Positions 62,787-64,000 of a DNA stretch of 64,000 bases are shown piece by piece; position 1 is the first letter of the stretch, and each line of letters begins with the position of its first letter. The position numbers and the translations under genes were made by a program. The stretch lies in contig OX597818.1 in assembly GCA_951406725.2 (NCBI GenBank), positions 23,498,001 to 23,562,000 of the forward strand, in the 5' to 3' direction. Source of the DNA: Octopus vulgaris. Lineage: Eukaryota. A model generated the notes under the pieces. That model was given only the letters and a program-made list of their open reading frames with translations, was not told the origin of the DNA and made no database searches.

Positions 62787-63624
62787 CATGGTTGTGGGTT
62801 TAAGAAGTTCACTTCACAAACACATTTTTATCCCCATCTCCTTGTAAATAGAGTAATGTTTCTGAAATTATAAAGATTCCAGAATTTGCTTTCATGTCAG
62901 ATTCTTTGTACATTATCATTTAATTAATTGTTTTTAGGAAAATATTTACTGGACTGATCTCAGCAAACAAGCTTTATTGACTGCTAACAAAAATAATGGT
63001 TATGGTGTAACTACAATACTAACCAATGTGACTGGTATAACTGATTTGAAGGTTGTCCATCAATTAGCTCAAAGTAGTAAGTATTGTTTTCTATTTTTCT
63101 CTAACATTTCTATTTCAGTAGTGTTTTTTGTGGCTTCTCCTACCCACATTCTGTCAACTTTGGTGACTGCCTCTCCCCCTTCCCCAAAGGTTTGCTTACT
63201 GTATGTCTTTTCTTTACATTAATGACCATTTACTATCACCTCTAATTTCACTCATGACTATGTGGTGGTGAAAATTAATTTTGGGAGTTTTTGTAGAAGC
63301 AACATTGAATGAAGAACTTGAAACACATTTTGCTTTATGAAATAGAGTAAATTAAAACTTAACCCTGAAAAATTTTTTTTTTTTCACTAATATTATGTAT
63401 ATTTTTTATTATTACTTTTACAGCTTCAAGTGCTTGTTCTTTCAAGAATGGGATGTGCTCACAGCTCTGTGTACCTCGACCTCATCATTTGCATATTGGA
63501 CACAACAATCGAACTTGTCTCTGTCAAAACCACATTGGACATATTCTAAAGCCTTCTGGAGATGAAGACTGTTATTGTCCTCCAGGGGAAACTTACCAAA
63601 ATGGAATTTGCAAACCAAACAACA
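32173..63624 (+). CDS. SORL1: Sortilin-related receptor (SorLA/LR11), partial multi-exon gene: 18 exons, ~993 codons, VPS10P + 10CC + YWTD + EGF; 5' and 3' ends not in window
   Basis: All 18 exons have AG/GT boundaries with compatible phases. The spliced translation has VPS10P motifs ([47 protein letters not shown]), 10CC (CLLG...[21 protein letters not shown]), YWTD repeats and an 8-Cys EGF. VPS10P followed by YWTD-EGF is the diagnostic SorLA architecture. Confidence 0.97.
33077..33238 (+). CDS. SORL1: SORL1 exon (YVFVDITY...DDSQRK)
   Basis: ttgcAG / GTAAGT, 162 nt, Asp-box-like TRDYGKAF. Confidence 0.93.
33418..33605 (-). mobile_element. RTE LINE RT fragment
   Basis: QIQFRFVLG...[17 protein letters not shown] matches the QFGF...FVDLEKAFDRVP motif. 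Confidence 0.75.
34188..34255 (+). CDS. SORL1: SORL1 exon ([23 protein letters not shown])
   Basis: gtttcAG / GTAACT, 68 nt, phase 0-2; this frame is not in the ORF track. Confidence 0.92.
35822..35996 (+). CDS. SORL1: SORL1 exon ([20 protein letters not shown]...YMFATKKI)
   Basis: Long polypyrimidine tract + tAG, GTTAGT donor, 175 nt, phase 2-0. Confidence 0.93.
38482..38997. mobile_element. Non-autonomous DNA element with ~150-bp terminal inverted repeats
   Basis: Arms 38482-38631 and 38843-38997 are reverse complements with few mismatches; TA|CATGGAAAAA...TTTTTCCATG|TA ends. Confidence 0.85.
42703..43000 (+). mobile_element. tRNA/CORE-like SINE, 3'-truncated at the RTE junction
   Basis: ggagtggctgtgtggtaag A box, gggttcagtccc B box, caccttgggcaagtgtctt CORE-like motif. 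Confidence 0.8.
43001..43635 (+). mobile_element. RTE-clade LINE RT fragment containing a PHD-like zinc finger
   Basis: [28 protein letters not shown]-x4-HKRC-CGK(Y), VDSFRYLG. Confidence 0.88.
45935..46036 (+). CDS. SORL1: SORL1 exon ([34 protein letters not shown])
   Basis: tttcAG / GTAAAT, 102 nt, QLWVS motif. Confidence 0.9.
46452..46621 (+). CDS. SORL1: SORL1 exon ([18 protein letters not shown]...KFSLSLE...TWL)
   Basis: tttcAG / GTAATT, 170 nt, phase 0-2. Confidence 0.95.
46785..47448 (-). mobile_element. DD37D (maT-type) transposon relic, internally deleted
   Basis: WQWDSAPCH-(37 aa)-NPLDYYV and [15 protein letters not shown]; terminus ...gtaccctg|TA at 47448. Confidence 0.85.
47502..47700 (+). 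CDS. SORL1: SORL1 exon ([23 protein letters not shown]...ITFNKGGTW...NCSV)
   Basis: ttttctAG / GTAAGT, 199 nt, phase 2-0. Confidence 0.93.
51690..51971. mobile_element. TTAA-ended non-autonomous DNA element fragment (piggyBac-like)
   Basis: Ends ...atatcaaaagagTTAA like other short elements here (6646, 49980); relatively CpG-containing. Confidence 0.35.
52991..53170. mobile_element. hAT (Charlie-like) MITE, 180 bp
   Basis: TIRs caggggtccccaaa / tttggagacccctg; degenerate TSD cattagat / catt(att)agat. Confidence 0.8.
53322..53510 (+). CDS. SORL1: SORL1 exon ([10 protein letters not shown]...[13 protein letters not shown]...[10 protein letters not shown])
   Basis: ttttgcAG / GTGAGA, 189 nt, phase 0-0. 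Confidence 0.95.
53938..54772 (+). mobile_element. Internally deleted mariner (DD34D) element
   Basis: TA TSDs, perfect 21-bp TIR tcaggtcatctcataagttct; [31 protein letters not shown]; N-terminal part missing. Confidence 0.92.
54829..54917 (+). CDS. SORL1: SORL1 exon ([30 protein letters not shown])
   Basis: ctttatAG / GTACGT, 89 nt, GDHGG motif. Confidence 0.93.
56170..56345 (+). CDS. SORL1: SORL1 exon (YSWNNGETW...[17 protein letters not shown]...SSIF)
   Basis: accAG / GTAAGT, 176 nt, phase 2-1. Confidence 0.94.
57515..57716 (+). CDS. SORL1: SORL1 exon, 10CC-a ([12 protein letters not shown]...CLLG...[10 protein letters not shown])
   Basis: cctcAG / GTTTGT, 202 nt, phase 1-2. Confidence 0.93.
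58451..58576 (+). CDS. SORL1: SORL1 exon, 10CC-b (DYGFKL...[13 protein letters not shown])
   Basis: tttcAG / GTTTGT, 126 nt, phase 2-2. Confidence 0.93.
58624..59007. mobile_element. Tigger/pogo-like MITE, 384 bp
   Basis: TA TSDs; TIRs caatagaacctcgcagtac / gtactgcgaggtatcactg. Confidence 0.8.
59295..59377 (+). CDS. SORL1: SORL1 exon, end of 10CC ([27 protein letters not shown])
   Basis: ttgccAG / GTAATA, 83 nt, phase 2-1. Confidence 0.93.
60339..60511 (+). CDS. SORL1: SORL1 exon, YWTD propeller ([11 protein letters not shown]...[14 protein letters not shown])
   Basis: tatttcAG / GTTGGT, 173 nt, phase 1-0. Confidence 0.93.
60833..61059 (+). CDS. SORL1: SORL1 exon, YWTD propeller (RLCLDG...NIYWIDSG...[14 protein letters not shown])
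   Basis: CACTAAC branch point at ~60804, tttcAG / GTACAT, 227 nt, phase 0-2. Confidence 0.94.
61679..61943 (+). CDS. SORL1: SORL1 exon, YWTD propeller (YLYWTDW...WPNGITID...LYWTDA...HPYAIVVYK)
   Basis: tctaacAG / GTATGT, 265 nt, phase 2-0. Confidence 0.96.
61954..62460. repeat. Three-copy ~169-bp tandem repeat, each unit containing a minus-strand Helitron 3' terminus
   Basis: Units start at 61954, 62121 and 62290; each has (minus) cccgagcaacgccggg hairpin + CTAG|T (62064, 62231, 62400). Confidence 0.88.
62938..63076 (+). CDS. SORL1: SORL1 exon, last YWTD blade ([11 protein letters not shown]...[11 protein letters not shown])
   Basis: tttttAG / GTAAGT, 139 nt, phase 0-1. Confidence 0.94.
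63424..63624 (+). CDS. SORL1: SORL1 exon, 8-cysteine EGF domain
   Basis: ttttacAG / GTAAAT, 201 nt, phase 1-1; [13 protein letters not shown]...CLC...DCYCPPG...IC. Confidence 0.92.
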
Positions 63625-64000
63625 GTAAATATGATATTCCCCCTTATCCAATCTCTTCTCTTCAGCTTTATTTTTCATTCATTATTCATTGTTATTCTTA
63701 TAGCTTTCACCTTGGATTGACCATTTTAGTTTTACTTCTGTAAAATCCTTCTTCCTTGTTTTCTATGTATTCCCACTTACCTCAACACGATGAGATAATA
63801 AGAACATCCTCTCAATGAAGGAAAAGGAATGAAATTAAAACAAATTGTAGATTAAATTACATGGTAACTTTTCAAAACTTTTAGAGCTCATTCTGATAGA
63901 CTGTGAAATTGATAAGAATTGTGAATAGAGTAACAGTGGTTAATACTGAAAAACTTGTACTTTAGTGTTGACAACAAAATTGTCAAAATTTTTGGATATA

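Noticed and set aside
62392-62873. Y/I/H/T/C-rich ORFs (also 17216-17536, 45004-45367)
   Set aside because: Translations of TA/CA microsatellites.

Overview
AT-rich, CpG-depleted, intron-rich animal DNA. The SINE/RTE repertoire is the one I associate with octopus (coleoid cephalopod) genomes; this species call is recognition from memory, not a search result. The window carries 18 consecutive + strand coding exons (32173-63624, 2980 nt, frame-consistent, all GT-AG) of a sortilin-related receptor gene (SORL1/SorLA/LR11). They cover the VPS10P beta-propeller, 10CC module, six-blade YWTD propeller and 8-Cys EGF domain. The first exon(s) are not found in the window and the LDLR-A/FN3/TM part lies to the right. 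Positions 1-32172 appear to be one very long upstream intron. The introns are dense with transposons: a young CpG-rich CR1-type LINE, RTE LINE fragments (one with a twin-priming-like 5' inversion, one with a PHD finger inside the RT), two DD34D mariner and two DD37D maT relics, hAT/Tigger/piggyBac-like MITEs, a composite Helitron, a DINE-1-like Helentron element, a triplicated Helitron 3' end, Penelope relics with decayed hammerhead-like cores, several tRNA-SINE families and long inverted repeats. I found no evidence of a wholly new gene system; the most unusual signals are in transposon architecture.
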